A DNA stretch of 64,000 nt from contig OZ365118.1 in NCBI GenBank assembly GCA_977030845.1, forward strand, positions 16,306,001 through 16,370,000, read 5' to 3'. The position numbers and the translations under genes are program-made. Positions 26,001 through 37,911 of this stretch are shown piece after piece; the stretch's first letter is position 1; each line of letters begins with the position of its first letter. Below the pieces are notes generated by a model that made no database searches, was not told the origin of the DNA, and saw nothing but the letters and a program-made list of their open reading frames with translations. The DNA comes from Fimbriosthenelais zetlandica (Eukaryota).

Positions 26001-28940
26001 GAAAAAATGGCGAGGAAAGGCAATGCTCCTCTCAGGGCACCCCCAACAGCAGCTGCTGCGGCGCGTGGGAAGCTTTTGTAAAACAAATCTCCAGGTCTGG
26101 TAGTACTTGATGCTACGATAGGGGATACCCGGATAAGGGAACCACTTTAAAACGATATATCTCACTTAAATAAGCTGTCAACAGAAAAGAACCACTTTTG
26201 ATGCAAGGGCTGATCAACTACAAGACAAGATCATACTTTCCCCCAGATACAAGATGTCAGGCGGCATTATCCCAACTTTAAGTTTTGATTGACAGTTGCT
26301 GTATGGGTATTGCAACAAAGGTAATGTGTTTCACAGACAGAAGGAAAATGAAAAATCTGCCTCATTGGAAAATGCCCTCAAACCTACAAAAGTTACTTTA
26401 AGTGAATGACGTTTTGTTGTGGAATGAAAGAGCTTGAGAAGTTGAATTTGGTATCATTTACTCTCAATTCTCACCATCTCTCTGGGGAAGGATAAATATC
26501 CAATCTATCCTCAATCATTGCCATGTGTTTAAATATTTTGACAGGAGGTGAGAGCGTGGTTATACTCTTCCCCCATTTCATTATATACCTCACAAGTCTG
26601 CCAGGGGAGTCAGAGGCTGGTGAGGGAGGTCCAGTCGTAGATCTTGGCTCCTAGATCAGAAGCTGTTCTAGTTGACTTGTGATCAGTCTAACTTATGTAT
26701 GAGTACACACTCATATGATTTGTGATCTAGACAGTCGGGGTACAGCATCAATGAAAGAGTGAGTAATTCTCGTAGGTAGCTGATTAAAATCTCTTCAATG
26801 GAATGAATGCTTCTTTCGTTTGCTACATCATTTAGTCAGAAATGTACAAGCAAATGGGGTGTCTGTCAGTTGTTGGATTGAGTCAGATATTGGCTTTGTA
26901 AAACCGTCTTAAATATTTCAGAAAGAGTATCCCAACATGTCTTTTCACCTCTCCCACTTCCAACAGATCCTCATATGAGGAAGATTCCATATATAAAACC
27001 TTTCACTGGCATTTCCAGAGAGTTCATATCTCTAAAGCCTACAAGTTTTTACTTTCCTTTCTCTCTCATTTCGGAACATTAAGGAAATTCTTTTGGAGGA
27101 GCGAGGCCTTTTCAGTCCTTAGCTTCTGTCACTTTATCGGTCAAGGTTTTGGTCACCTACTACTATAGACATTAATAGACAAGGGCTAGACAGCGCTTGA
27201 CAAAAAAAGAAAATATTGGCAAAGACGACCAGCCCCTTTGAGGAGTACTAACAAGGAGACCCAGAGATGGTCTCATTAGTGTTGGGTTCTGAGATTGACC
27301 GCCTCCTCTTTCAATTATCACCTTTCAATTATTTTTTCCTCCCAGCACCCATTTGTGTAATTGGAAAATGATAAGTGTAGATGAATGTTTGCTTGGTTAA
27401 GCTAAAGGGAACACTGGGCTCCTGAAGGGATAAAAGGTGTTTCTGAGATATACTAGGAAACTCCCTTGGATACGTCAATGTAGCTGGACATTTTTTTCTC
27501 ATAGGCAGGTGGATTTATTGGAACAATCGTTATTTTGTTATCACTATAAGAGTAATTTGCTAACTCCGATCAATTTACGACAGAGATACTTATGATTTCC
27601 ATGGTCTAAACATCTCCCGGATAATTATCAATATATAGAAGTAAAACAATAAGAAAAAGTAACACAAGCAGTTAGTTTGGTCACCAAAAATTAGCCAGAA
27701 TATCATCTTGAACCATCAGGCCAATATTCTATAGAGATAGTCAGTCATATAGCCACATAAAAGTGAAGTCTGAAGTGCTGCCGACTGAGTCAGCAACCAG
27801 TCGCCTCTGTTGTGACAACCTACAGTCAAGACCTTGCAGTGTAACCACCATCTGCAGGTCCTTTCATAGTAAGGTATTATTATTAGGTAGTGACAGGTTT
27901 GTAGTCCAAAGATCAAGCGTCTTTGACATTTAATGAAGCTAAGGGTCAGGTGTTGAGCTCAAGATGAATATTTTTATTGGAGGTTTCCTTGGATGTTGAA
28001 GCTAATAATTTACCTCCAGTAGAGAGTCTGACTGAAGCTGATTGACATTTGGCGTGTCTATTCGCAGGCTAATGATGATTTATTAAAGTGCCTTTATAAC
28101 CCCAATTAAAGAGACTTTAACTCTCTTCATTATTCACAGCATGCTGCCAGTGTGTGATAAGAATTTGAGTTGATGTTTTCAAGGCAAACCTATATTCAAC
28201 CGTCAAGTCATGTTCATTACAAGGTCCAAAAAACTCTACACTCGAAGCCCACTGCAACTTGCCTTCAACGTCTTCATCAGTTTTCAAACTTTGAAAAGCA
28301 AAGCAAGTTCACAGGAGCGATTGATCAACCATAAAGAAATGTAGAGTCACTTCATAGATACAACATTACCATAAAATAGCTGGTCTTTTTAATATGCGTT
28401 GCACTATTCAGAATGTAAATTAAGACAGCCTTCATATGAATGGCATCTCCCCGATGAAAAATTCATTTAATTAACGTCGCTACTTCCTGGTGTGAAAGAG
28501 GACAAGCTTTTGCTGGGAAGGATAAAGCTGATGGTTGGAAGGGAGAAGGCTTTAAGCTTACAAGGGCAATATCAAGGTTCACATCCTGGGTGAGTACGGA
28601 ATTCAAATCCCCGTCTTCTACATGATGGTTAACCGGGAACGTGAGTCGACGTACAAATTACCTTTTTGTTTCTATCAGGCATCCAAGGAGGGAGAAAGTT
28701 CAAGGGTTTAGTGCAAATAAAAAGACAATGCTCCTTGATTTCTTTTCATGAAAGTTAGACCGAGCAGGAATATGTAACAGGTCGGTCATAGTGGGGAGGA
28801 AACTAGCAAAAATGTGAGTGAAATTTTGGTGACACAGAACTGTCAAAAAGAGAAGGAAATATACGTATATCAGAAAGGAATTGTAATGCTTCTGAAACCC
28901 AAGTGAGACATCTGTCAGTCTGAAAGCATTTGCGTGGTGA

Positions 28941-28955
28941 GGGGGGGGGGGGGGG
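28941..28955 (+). repeat. G15 homopolymer
   Basis: Direct reading. Confidence 0.95.
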
Positions 28956-29339
28956 ACGTATGGAAAGCAGTTGCACTTGAAAGAAGGTTTGAACATTTTC
29001 TTTCTTGGTCGCTGAAAATTTGTCCTAGATATAAAACTAGGTTTTTTGGTTTAAACTATTAAGATATTTATGAGCTGCTGTTTAAAAGGTCCAGCGGAAT
29101 CTGCATGCTTTGTGACAGCAACCAAGAGACCACGCCTCCACAAATAATGTCAAAATGTTATATGTATTCAGGGAACATGGGCAGTAAATGCGCTATAAAT
29201 GTAAAGGACCGTCCCCCTTCCCTGCATTTGTCACAATAAAGCTGCACACTCTTGGTTACTTCTCAGTTCAAACACATTTTCGCCAGTCCTATGTGAGTGA
29301 TTGAGGAAGCAGGATGATAAAGGCGTGTAATGAATGTAA

Positions 29340-29460
29340 TATGAGAGCCAATCTCTGCCCCTCCACGCCGCCATTTTTGGCTGAGAATGCTCTGTCAACC
29401 AATACTGCCTTTGCAACGCATTCAACCAGTCTCCAATAAAAACAACGCTCATTCAAATCA
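29340..29460. promoter_or_regulatory. Promoter-like cluster (CCAAT x3, YY1-like GCCGCCATTTT)
   Basis: Direct reading; lies in MITE-like context. Confidence 0.35.
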
Positions 29461-32400
29461 GACCGTTATCCCTGGACCAACCGGCTGCGGAGTCATGTTC
29501 AAATTGTTCTTTTATAACAGACCCCTTTTTCTAGATCCATAAGCCAAAGAAATTTGCAGAGACTTGCTCGAGTGTGGGGATCAGCCTCATGAACAAACCA
29601 AAAAGAGTCACTCGTGATGGACATTGCTGGTTGAATAGACTACTCCCCATGACGTAATGATGTAGAGAACAATTAAAAATTCTTTTAAAAATATTCATGA
29701 ATCTCGAAGAAAGAGTCTGGCAAAAATATTACAAAGGGAAATTAATCAACTCAAGTCACAGATGTCCCAGTTTTTAAACCGCGGTCCAATAAATCTTTAG
29801 TGGGAGATCTTTTTTGTCTGTCCTCCATTAGGCCAAATAACTTTGTGGCACAATCCTAATCGTGTTATGAAGTGATAAAAGCAAGCATGAATATGCTTCA
29901 TCGTTGATAAAATTAAACGACCAACAGTGGGAATTTTTTCTTGAAATGGCACATGCTTTCACGCCGTGCCTTCAGCCCAGTTAATGTAATAATTATCTCA
30001 ATTTGGAGAAAATCTCTGCCACTAAAAGCGAATTTATGCTCGCCATCAGAATGGTCTGGCCCCATTATGAAGAGGTTCACATTTTTGTAAGGAAATGACA
30101 AGTTTAGAAAATGATTATTGAATAGGAGATGAGCGTAGGTGGAATTTTAGTTCTTTTTACAATTTCTGACTCGCTAGAAGAGTCATCCTTTAGATGGTGC
30201 ATTTCATGGCCATCCGTTAGACTCATTGAAAAGTAGGTCATCTTGCAAAAGAATCTGATAGGAATAGGATGGGAATCGGGAAGTTGACGTCCAGTACCCT
30301 GATTTCAACACTGCATGGGTCAATATAGCAAAAGAAGGACAATGAATCTGCCAATCATATCATCAACTGATATCACCTAATAGCAATAACCTTCATAATT
30401 CAACGACTTAATTAAATTTAAGCAACCACTAACCAAGCAAACATACCTCATTTAACGCAATAAACATGCAATTAATGAAGTTATAAACTGACATAAATAG
30501 AATCCACACTCGACTGACTCTGTACGGATCCAAGAAGAACCCATGCAATGGTCTTTATAATCAAATGCAACAACTCAATGTGTTTGATCTTCAATGCCAA
30601 CACATTAAAGCTCATAACTGACTGTTCTGTGTTATCAAGTCATGAATCTGCCTAAATGTATGATAATCACACATCAATATAGTGAGATAAATGGGTTGTG
30701 TGAGTTATATATAAAGTTACTCGACACGTCCGCCCCTGGTGCCACCCACTCTGATACGGGCCAGCTCCCAGCTTTTTGCATATAAAGTGAGCCATCAATC
30801 AGCCTATAGTGGCAGGCGGAAGGTGGGTTATGTTGTTCTTTAGCTATGTACACAGGTCTCGCATCATATTTATGTACAGAGCCCCTTTAAAAATCGATGG
30901 GGACATATCACAATTCATATGGTGGTGTACAAGGTCAATGGGCAGAGCCTGGGCAACCCCTGAGGCCAAGGAGTAAATGGGTTGTCTCCATCTATCCGTT
31001 CCTTCCTGGAAGGAAACTACAAGATCTTTGATGATTTGTTACAAGATCGTTATGTTTAGTTCGAAAAGAAAACAGATGTTAATAACACTTGTGTCCTGTT
31101 GGACAGGAACAAAGATGTTCGGTTAAATCAGAACACAGGAGCCCATTCCCAAACAAAAATTAGCCATAGACTTAGCCTTGTTGATTTTCCAATTCGTTTA
31201 AAGAAAAACTGATATTTTCACGATTGAAAAGGCAACTTTTTCCATACTTTTCACATGGGATTTTCCCTTACATTTAACAGTGGAACAAGGAGGGGAGTTT
31301 TGCCTCATATCCTCCAGGTGTTTTCACCTGTAATCAAGCATGATCACTTACCTGTGAGAGCTGCTCCTGTGAGGTGCATGCAGGCGGAGCGGGTTGGTGG
31401 CAGGCTCAGGAATCCTACCAATACACAAAACTTCTCCTCCGCCCTTCAAAAGTTCCAGGGTGTCCAGTTGAGGGTTTAGAAACACCGGAGAAAAGTTGGT
31501 TGTAGATATTTCTGGGACATCAATCACAAAGTTCTAGAATCCAATCTTGCTCAATTGCAACGGATCAATATCCAATAAAGCTTGACACTTTGGTCTATCT
31601 TGTGAGCACATTTACAAGCAAATTGGTTTTGGAATCTGCACAGAGTAAACTTTGCTATGCAAAGTTCATCCTTTCAATGGTTCAACAAAATGAAGTTGTC
31701 TTTGTGAACAACTTTTCCTATTCAAATATCGTAAATCCTTGAGGAACCATCACAATGACAAATCACAATGTAGAATTCTGGTTTAAACAGGCTTTAAAGT
31801 ACACTACCACTACATTGGATTAAAGTACCAATTTGAGTATCCGTATCCGACACTTCTTTCACATTGTCTTGATTGGGAAATGACGATGTCCTTTTCAAAC
31901 GGGGTGGGAGGACTGGCTGGCTTGCACTTGTTGCACTGTATTAGTGACCAAACCAGTTCAGCTGGCCCCCAAAATCCCCTCTGTGACCTGGACCTTTTCG
32001 CACCTGGAACAAAAGAGAACGAGTTGTAAAAGTATATGAATTAAGACTTTTAGCTTCAGAAACCCCTATGCAATAGTAGTGATTAAAAATAAGTTTCGAT
32101 AGGTAACTGAGGAGTTATATAATCATGATGCCTTTGTTGTCATATAGTGAATAGATCCTGTGTTCTAATAGTTAATCAGAAGGAATCGATGATAGGTGTA
32201 GGCCTCTGGTTAAAATCCGTAGTAAGGTGAAACAAGTAGTGGAAGAATAACTCCAGTGGGAGAATGAATGAAGTAAGTTCCGGGAGGAAGTATAGTACTA
32301 TATCCCAGCGTTCAGGGGCGCTGGCAATGCCAGGAGAGCCAATGGAATTGATGGTTGAAGAGAACTGCAGGCCACACCTACTCCTGATCCAGGGGGCAGC

Positions 32401-32582
32401 CACGTGGGGTGGCTGCTGCTGGCAAGTTAGTAGGCTCCAGCCAAAAGTTTCTATCTGCCAGGGAAGCTCTCTGAGAATGATCAGATTCTGGTGCCAGCTC
32501 CTGTGGCTAGGTGGGGGTATTGTGCCATTGGTTTAGTGTGAGAGAAATAGGCAAGGAGGGTTTGTTGGAGAACTGACGGATG

Positions 32583-32680
32583 ATCTCTCTCTCCCGATCT
32601 CTCTCTCACTATCTCCCTCCTTCCCTCTCTCTCCCTCCACACACACTCTCTCTATCCTCTTTCTCCATTCTCTACCTCTC
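32583..32680. repeat. CT-rich low-complexity tract
   Basis: Direct reading. Confidence 0.85.
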
Positions 32681-32867
32681 AAAGAGAAACATTGAAATCA
32701 CAACTTACCTGTCTCATTCTCTGTTGACACGTCCATATCTTGTGTGAGTGTAAAGTGTGACAAATTGTATATCTGTAGTATTCCTCGATTTCTGGTTGTC
32801 AAAGTAGACTTCTACCAACGCGACTCACTCGCGAATGACAGGTTGACAGACGACCAGTGTTTACACC

Positions 32868-32964
32868 CATGTAGATGTAATCAGCTTTATAACTGAAAAA
32901 TTGTTCAAAAGTGACGTTAAACCCCATTCAATCAAACAAACATGTAGATGTAATCAGCTTTATA
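32868..32964. repeat. 24-bp direct repeat CATGTAGATGTAATCAGCTTTATA (32868-32891, 32941-32964)
   Basis: Exact match; local duplication with a 73-bp period. Confidence 0.9.
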
Positions 32965-34138
32965 CAGACTATATATAACGTCAGTGATCAGGTCAGTGGT
33001 CAGGTGGTAAGCTTGCCCCCCCCCCTCCCACACACCAGGCATAAACTGAAAAATAAAAGTAAAGTAAGTTAGAAGGCGCCTAATAAACTTTAAGATATAA
33101 ATATCATTTGTAAAAGACACTTTTCCGTGTACAACACATAATGTCAACCCTTCACACTCACAATATTGACAAGATATGGTTGAATAACTGTAACAAAGGG
33201 AGAGAAACGTAGTCATTGATTTGCGAAGATCCTAACTCCTATCTGCCACGTAGTGAGAAAAGCCGGAACTACAGATCCAGCGCGCTGTGGTTCCGTATTT
33301 CCACACTAGAAGGTAGCACCAGAGCTCAAATGATTGCGGTGCTCTACAGAAGCGACCTACCATTAGCATCAGATTCTTCAATCTTTACTGACTTTATTTG
33401 TAACAAATTGAGTTGTCTTTAAGAGACATAGGTTTTTAGATTACAGTCTTATTGACATTCATAATTTAAGAGACGCTGGATTAACAAAGCAAATCCATGG
33501 GCTAATGCGCCACATTTTGGAATGAAACTTTCCACCATTTTGAAAGTGTTCTCCCATTATAAGTTAATTATTTATTTATTGACTAACTAATTATTACGAT
33601 AGGTGTCCACTTAGAAATATGAAGAGTGACTAGGTATGGTGAAAATATATTTATGCTATGCTATGCCCTAGATTCTAGACAATAGTAAGGATTTCTCCGG
33701 AATAAAAAACCCCGGAATGGGATCACAGCGGCATGTACAACCATGTATAGGTAGACAAACTACGTGGTTATAATATGCAGGGAGAAAGGGGACACATATA
33801 CCCTCCCTGAATATCAAATATTGACCGTGAGGAAACAATTTCATGTTCAGTACATCACGACAATTTCCTTCACAAAAAATGAAAAGGGATTCTCCCTGGT
33901 TAATCTCTAACACCCCGGAAAGTGCATGTAAGCATAGAACTAGTTCTATGATGTAAGTATATGAAAGGTACAAACTAAATTTAGCAGGTGTCATGAAGTC
34001 GGCCATATATAAGCATGGCATCACTCTGGGATAACCCCAGAGTCCATCTCACTACCATAGATACACCACCCATCACCCCAGACCACTAGAATAGTGTCCT
34101 CACACATAACCACCATTTTGTTCTTATAAAGTACAAAT

Positions 34139-34540
34139 ATGGTATACTTCGATGACATATTGGTTCAGATTGGGGAACTAGGAAGGTATCAAACCCTTTT
34201 CCTAGTAGGATGCTGTACTTGGGTCTTCATGACAGCATCTTTTGCTAATCTGCCTATTGTCTTCCTAGTGGCCACTCCCGATCATTGGTGCCAGGCTCCT
34301 AGCCTGACGCATCTCAACCTTTCCAGGGATGTTACATTGAATCTCACTGTTCCTCAAATAACTAGTTATGGGAAGCAGGGATACAGCAGTTGTCTTCAGT
34401 ATGACAGGGACTTCACTAATTGGACTCAGGATGAAGCATTGGATTTGATGAATGAACCTACAGAGAATGTGTCTACAGTGCCTTGTCGGTCGGGCTGGGA
34501 TTTTGATTATTCAGTCTACACTTCAACCGTAGTAACTGAG
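34139..34540 (+). CDS. SLC22: SLC22 exon 1 (402 nt, MVYFDD...STVVTE)
   Basis: ATG at 34139; donor GAG|gtaggt at 34541; encodes TM1 and the large glycosylated loop. Confidence 0.95.
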
Positions 34541-37500
34541 GTAGGTATAATTTGACATATTAATTTATAATTATATTGCTAATAACTTAGTTCATTAAAT
34601 CCGTTTCCTTAATCATAGATAGGTCTTGATACGGTAATACCATTATTAGATTTACAACAATACAAAATGGACATTTTTTTAAATTGAGTTCCGTCTGAAT
34701 TTCCGTCAACATCAGACATAAACTAGGTACAAAAGTTCTACATTCGTGACCATAAGGACATGTATAGTATTCATATGGTTGGCCGTGTGTTGTTGACTTT
34801 GGCTTCACCTTTCATCTCTACAGTGGGACGTAGTGTGTGATGACAAGATCTGGGTGGCCACGTCTAAATCTGTCTACTTGGCTGGATTTTTTGTAGGAGT
34901 GCTTGTATTTGGTTTTCTCTCAGACATGTGAGTGGGGATTTTGTGAATCAAATAACTAAATTCTCACCCTTACTTAGCGGTGGGAAATATGAGCGCCTCA
35001 GTACGTTTTTCTTTCATTTATACGTCTTCATACAAAAGAATATTGTATATGCCGACACAGCTTTCCCATAGGTTAGCCGATTCCTTATCAGTTAAATCAA
35101 TAAGTCTATCAGACTCTTAAGTCTATGCCCTAAAACAATACGTTAAAATATTTGGTTAATGTTGGTAGGTATGGAAGGAAGAAGACGTACATGGTGACGG
35201 TCATTCTGGGGGTGGTATGTTCACTCCTCATCCCATTCGCCCCTAATCTACCCTCCTTCATCGCCCTGCGCTTCTTTAGAGGCGCCATCTCCATCGGCAA
35301 CTTTACCATCATTTATGTCCTCAGTAAGTATCAATACCTTCAGATTCTTTATTAATACTTCATGGCCCATTTAATTAATTTTAATTTCAATAAATAATTT
35401 AACATGTAACTCAAATCACGCAACATGCCATCAAACCATGCAGCGAAAAAGCAAATTCAAATTAATTCAATTACTTATTCGAGACCCATTTTGATCTACT
35501 AGGATGACGTGCATAGATAAATAGTAACCGAGAAATTAAAGGGAAGGACTATGTCTAAGCATAGATTAGCTATAATAGATGTCAAGGGCATGTTTTGGCA
35601 TATCCCACCAAACAGCTATATGTAGGCCTACAGCCCCGCCTCAACTGTAGGCCTCTAGGCCCTGTCATACATCTATGGCCCTGTCTATGCTGTATAATAG
35701 CCCATACAAGGAGAACATATTTGGCAGCAGTTACTGTGAATGTGGCTCCAATAAAGAATACATATTTTTTTAAACTATAATTTCTTTTTTGTTAACCAGT
35801 GATGGAGATAGTGGGACCATCCAGGAGAGGACCTGTGGCCATATTAATATCGTTTCTCTGGAGCGCCACTAGTCTATTAGCGACAATTCTCGCCTACCTG
35901 CTGCGAGACTGGCGCCATCTATCAATAGCTCTGGCAGCCCCAGCCGTCATTCAACTGGTAAATCTATTGTGAGTGAATTTCTGTCCATTCCTCCAACACT
36001 TTGCGTGCATAAATTTATTGTTTAAGGGAAAATAGTTTACCCAAAGTTGACATTAGAAAATTGTTTCAGATAGGGCCTATCTTACTAGATTTTCCCTTGC
36101 AGGGAAATGCCCAGAAAGGACCGATTTAAAAGCTACGTTGTGAGGCAGATTGGCAATTGGCAATTTCACTGCAATGTATCAATTCATTTTCTTACAGTTT
36201 CATCCAGGAATCCCCCAGATGGTTGTATACACAGAACCGTGATGAAGAGGCCGAGAAAATACTGAGGAGAATGGCTGCTGTAAACAAGACGAAACTACCC
36301 GAGAAAATAATAGTAGAAATTAAAGTAAGACTTGTCCAATATCTCCTGCCAAAACTTAATGTCAAACTTAATTAACTTGCTTAAACTTTAATGTCATGTG
36401 TATCACTTAAATTATAACTTCAGTCTGAAGAAAAAGGAAGATTCCGGGATCTTTTTCTCTATCCTGTATTGCGCAAGAGGATGATTATAATCTGCATTGA
36501 ATGGTATGATAATTTAATGTATTATATGTTTAGCATATTATCATTGGTGTGGAAAATTAAGTCACATCCTCACGTGACTGAATTGTCTCAACTGGCCTTC
36601 ATAAAAGCATCAAACTGACTGATTTTCGAATCTTTTAGGTTTGCCGTTACCATGGCTTTCTATGGATTAGCCTACAGCTCCGCTGATCTGGGATTTGGTT
36701 ATAATCCTTACCTCAACTTCGCTTTTGGAGTTTTTGTGGGAATTCCATCGATTATCATATGTCAAGTGTCTCAGAGATTTGTTGGAAGGAAGACTATGCT
36801 CATAGCTTTTGGTATTTGCGGTGGCGTTGCCCTTCTGGGAATATTAGCTATTCCTAGGTGTATGTATTTTTCTACAATTTTCTAATTTGAACTTGTTAAA
36901 ATGTTCTGTTACTAAGGCTCCATTCAAATTTCAATCTGTACCCATACATTTGGAAATATCTTTGTAAAATATTGCTGTATCATTCCCTTTATTTTCAGTT
37001 TAATATTACTTTCCAAGGGATGTCAATTTAAAGGTTAATTTTGGGCAATATTAAATGGGTCACTTGCAGGTTATCTTCTTTCTATTTTAAGCCTATTCTG
37101 GAGCCTACTACATGACCCTGACCTTGTCATTATTGGGCAGATTCTGTGCCAGTGGAGGATTTATCATTGTCTATCTTTACACTGCTGAAATAGTACCCAC
37201 TGTGGTGAGGAGTGTGGGCATGGGCACGGCTTCAGCTACAGCCAGAATAGGCGGCATCCTGTCACAGTACTTAATGGGACTAGTGAGTTGGCCTACAATA
37301 CTAAAATGCCCAGATGCAATTGAATTCAGATCAAACTTAAACCGGGAATCAGCAACGAGGATAATGGTCTTGATTAAATGAGAATTAAATGCTTGAATTG
37401 CAGAAAGACGTGAGTTTGTTCATACCGTATGTGACCATGGGAGGCGTTTCAATCCTGGCATGCCTCTTACTCATACCTCTGCCCGACACCAAAGGAAAGA

Positions 37501-37828
37501 AGCTCCCAGAGACTATTACTGAAGGAGAGGAGTTCGGAAGGTTTGTATAACAGGCTACGATCATATTGTGGAACATAAATTGATTATGGGTATCTGAGTA
37601 TCAAAATTCCATTCAATATTACACCAGACGAGCCTCGATTGGGGGTTAGTTTAACATGAAAATCTTCATATGGGTATCTTCATAATAGTCATGTAGACCT
37701 ACGTACGTATAATAATAGTCATTTTTGTGTATCTTCTTGTTTTCAGAGATGTGCCAGAAAAGAATGAAAGTGAGAACAAACTCCCTCCCTGGGGATCAGA
37801 CAATGTCATTGAAAGTACTTATATTTAA
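34139..37828 (+). CDS. SLC22: SLC22-family organic cation/anion/zwitterion transporter (MFS), 10 coding exons, 555 aa: join(34139..34540,34824..34927,35169..35323,35800..35968,36198..36324,36424..36503,36639..36859,37092..37282,37404..37540,37747..37828)
   Basis: All nine introns are GT..AG. The exons sum to 1668 nt (555 aa + TAA) with no internal stop. Family motifs: FDDIL..IGELGRYQ; PDHWC, SSCLQY, PCRSGWDFD and WDVVC (four loop cysteines); LSDMYGRK; EIVGPSRR; ESPRWL; AEIVPTVVRSVG; LPDTKGKKLPETI. Subfamily not assignable by eye. Confidence 0.96.
34824..34927 (+). CDS. SLC22: SLC22 exon 2 (104 nt, WDVVCDDK...GFLSD)
   Basis: ctacag|TGG acceptor; AT|gtgagt donor; not in the ORF track. Confidence 0.95.
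35169..35323 (+). CDS. SLC22: SLC22 exon 3 (155 nt, YGRKK...IIYVL)
   Basis: ggtag|G acceptor; A|gtaagt donor. Confidence 0.95.
35800..35968 (+). CDS. SLC22: SLC22 exon 4 (169 nt, MEIVGPSRR...RDWRHL...VNL)
   Basis: aaccag|T acceptor; TT|gtgagt donor. Confidence 0.95.
36198..36324 (+). CDS. SLC22: SLC22 exon 5 (127 nt, FIQESPRWL...VEIK)
   Basis: ttacag|T acceptor; AAA|gtaaga donor. Confidence 0.95.
36424..36503 (+). CDS. SLC22: SLC22 exon 6 (80 nt, SEEKGRFRDLFLYPVLRKRM...)
   Basis: cttcag|TCT acceptor; TG|gtatga donor; DLF..P.LRKR motif. Confidence 0.92.
36639..36859 (+). CDS. SLC22: SLC22 exon 7 (221 nt, FAVTMAFYGL...GRK...AIPR)
   Basis: ttttag|G acceptor; T|gtatgt donor (its phase fits exon 8). 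Confidence 0.92.
37092..37282 (+). CDS. SLC22: SLC22 exon 8 (191 nt, ...GRFCASGGF...YTAEIVPTVVRSVG...ARIGGIL...)
   Basis: ttttaag|CC acceptor; CTA|gtgagt donor. Confidence 0.93.
37404..37540 (+). CDS. SLC22: SLC22 exon 9 (137 nt, KDVSLFIP...LPDTKGKKLPETITEGEEFG)
   Basis: ttgcag|AAA acceptor; AG|gtttgt donor. Confidence 0.93.
37747..37828 (+). CDS. SLC22: SLC22 exon 10 (82 nt, DVPEKNE...STYI*)
   Basis: Pyrimidine tract then tttcag|A; in-frame TAA at 37826-37828; AATAAA follows. Confidence 0.85.
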
Positions 37829-37842
37829 ATTTCAACAGCCAA

Positions 37843-37911
37843 AATAAACCCCTGTATCTAGTGTAAGTGGGCAGACTTCCTACTGAATCAAAGTTATAAT
37901 TCACCAATAAA
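37843..37911 (+). terminator. Candidate polyadenylation signals of the SLC22 gene (AATAAA at 37843-37848 and 37906-37911)
   Basis: Two AATAAA hexamers shortly downstream of the stop codon. Confidence 0.55.
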
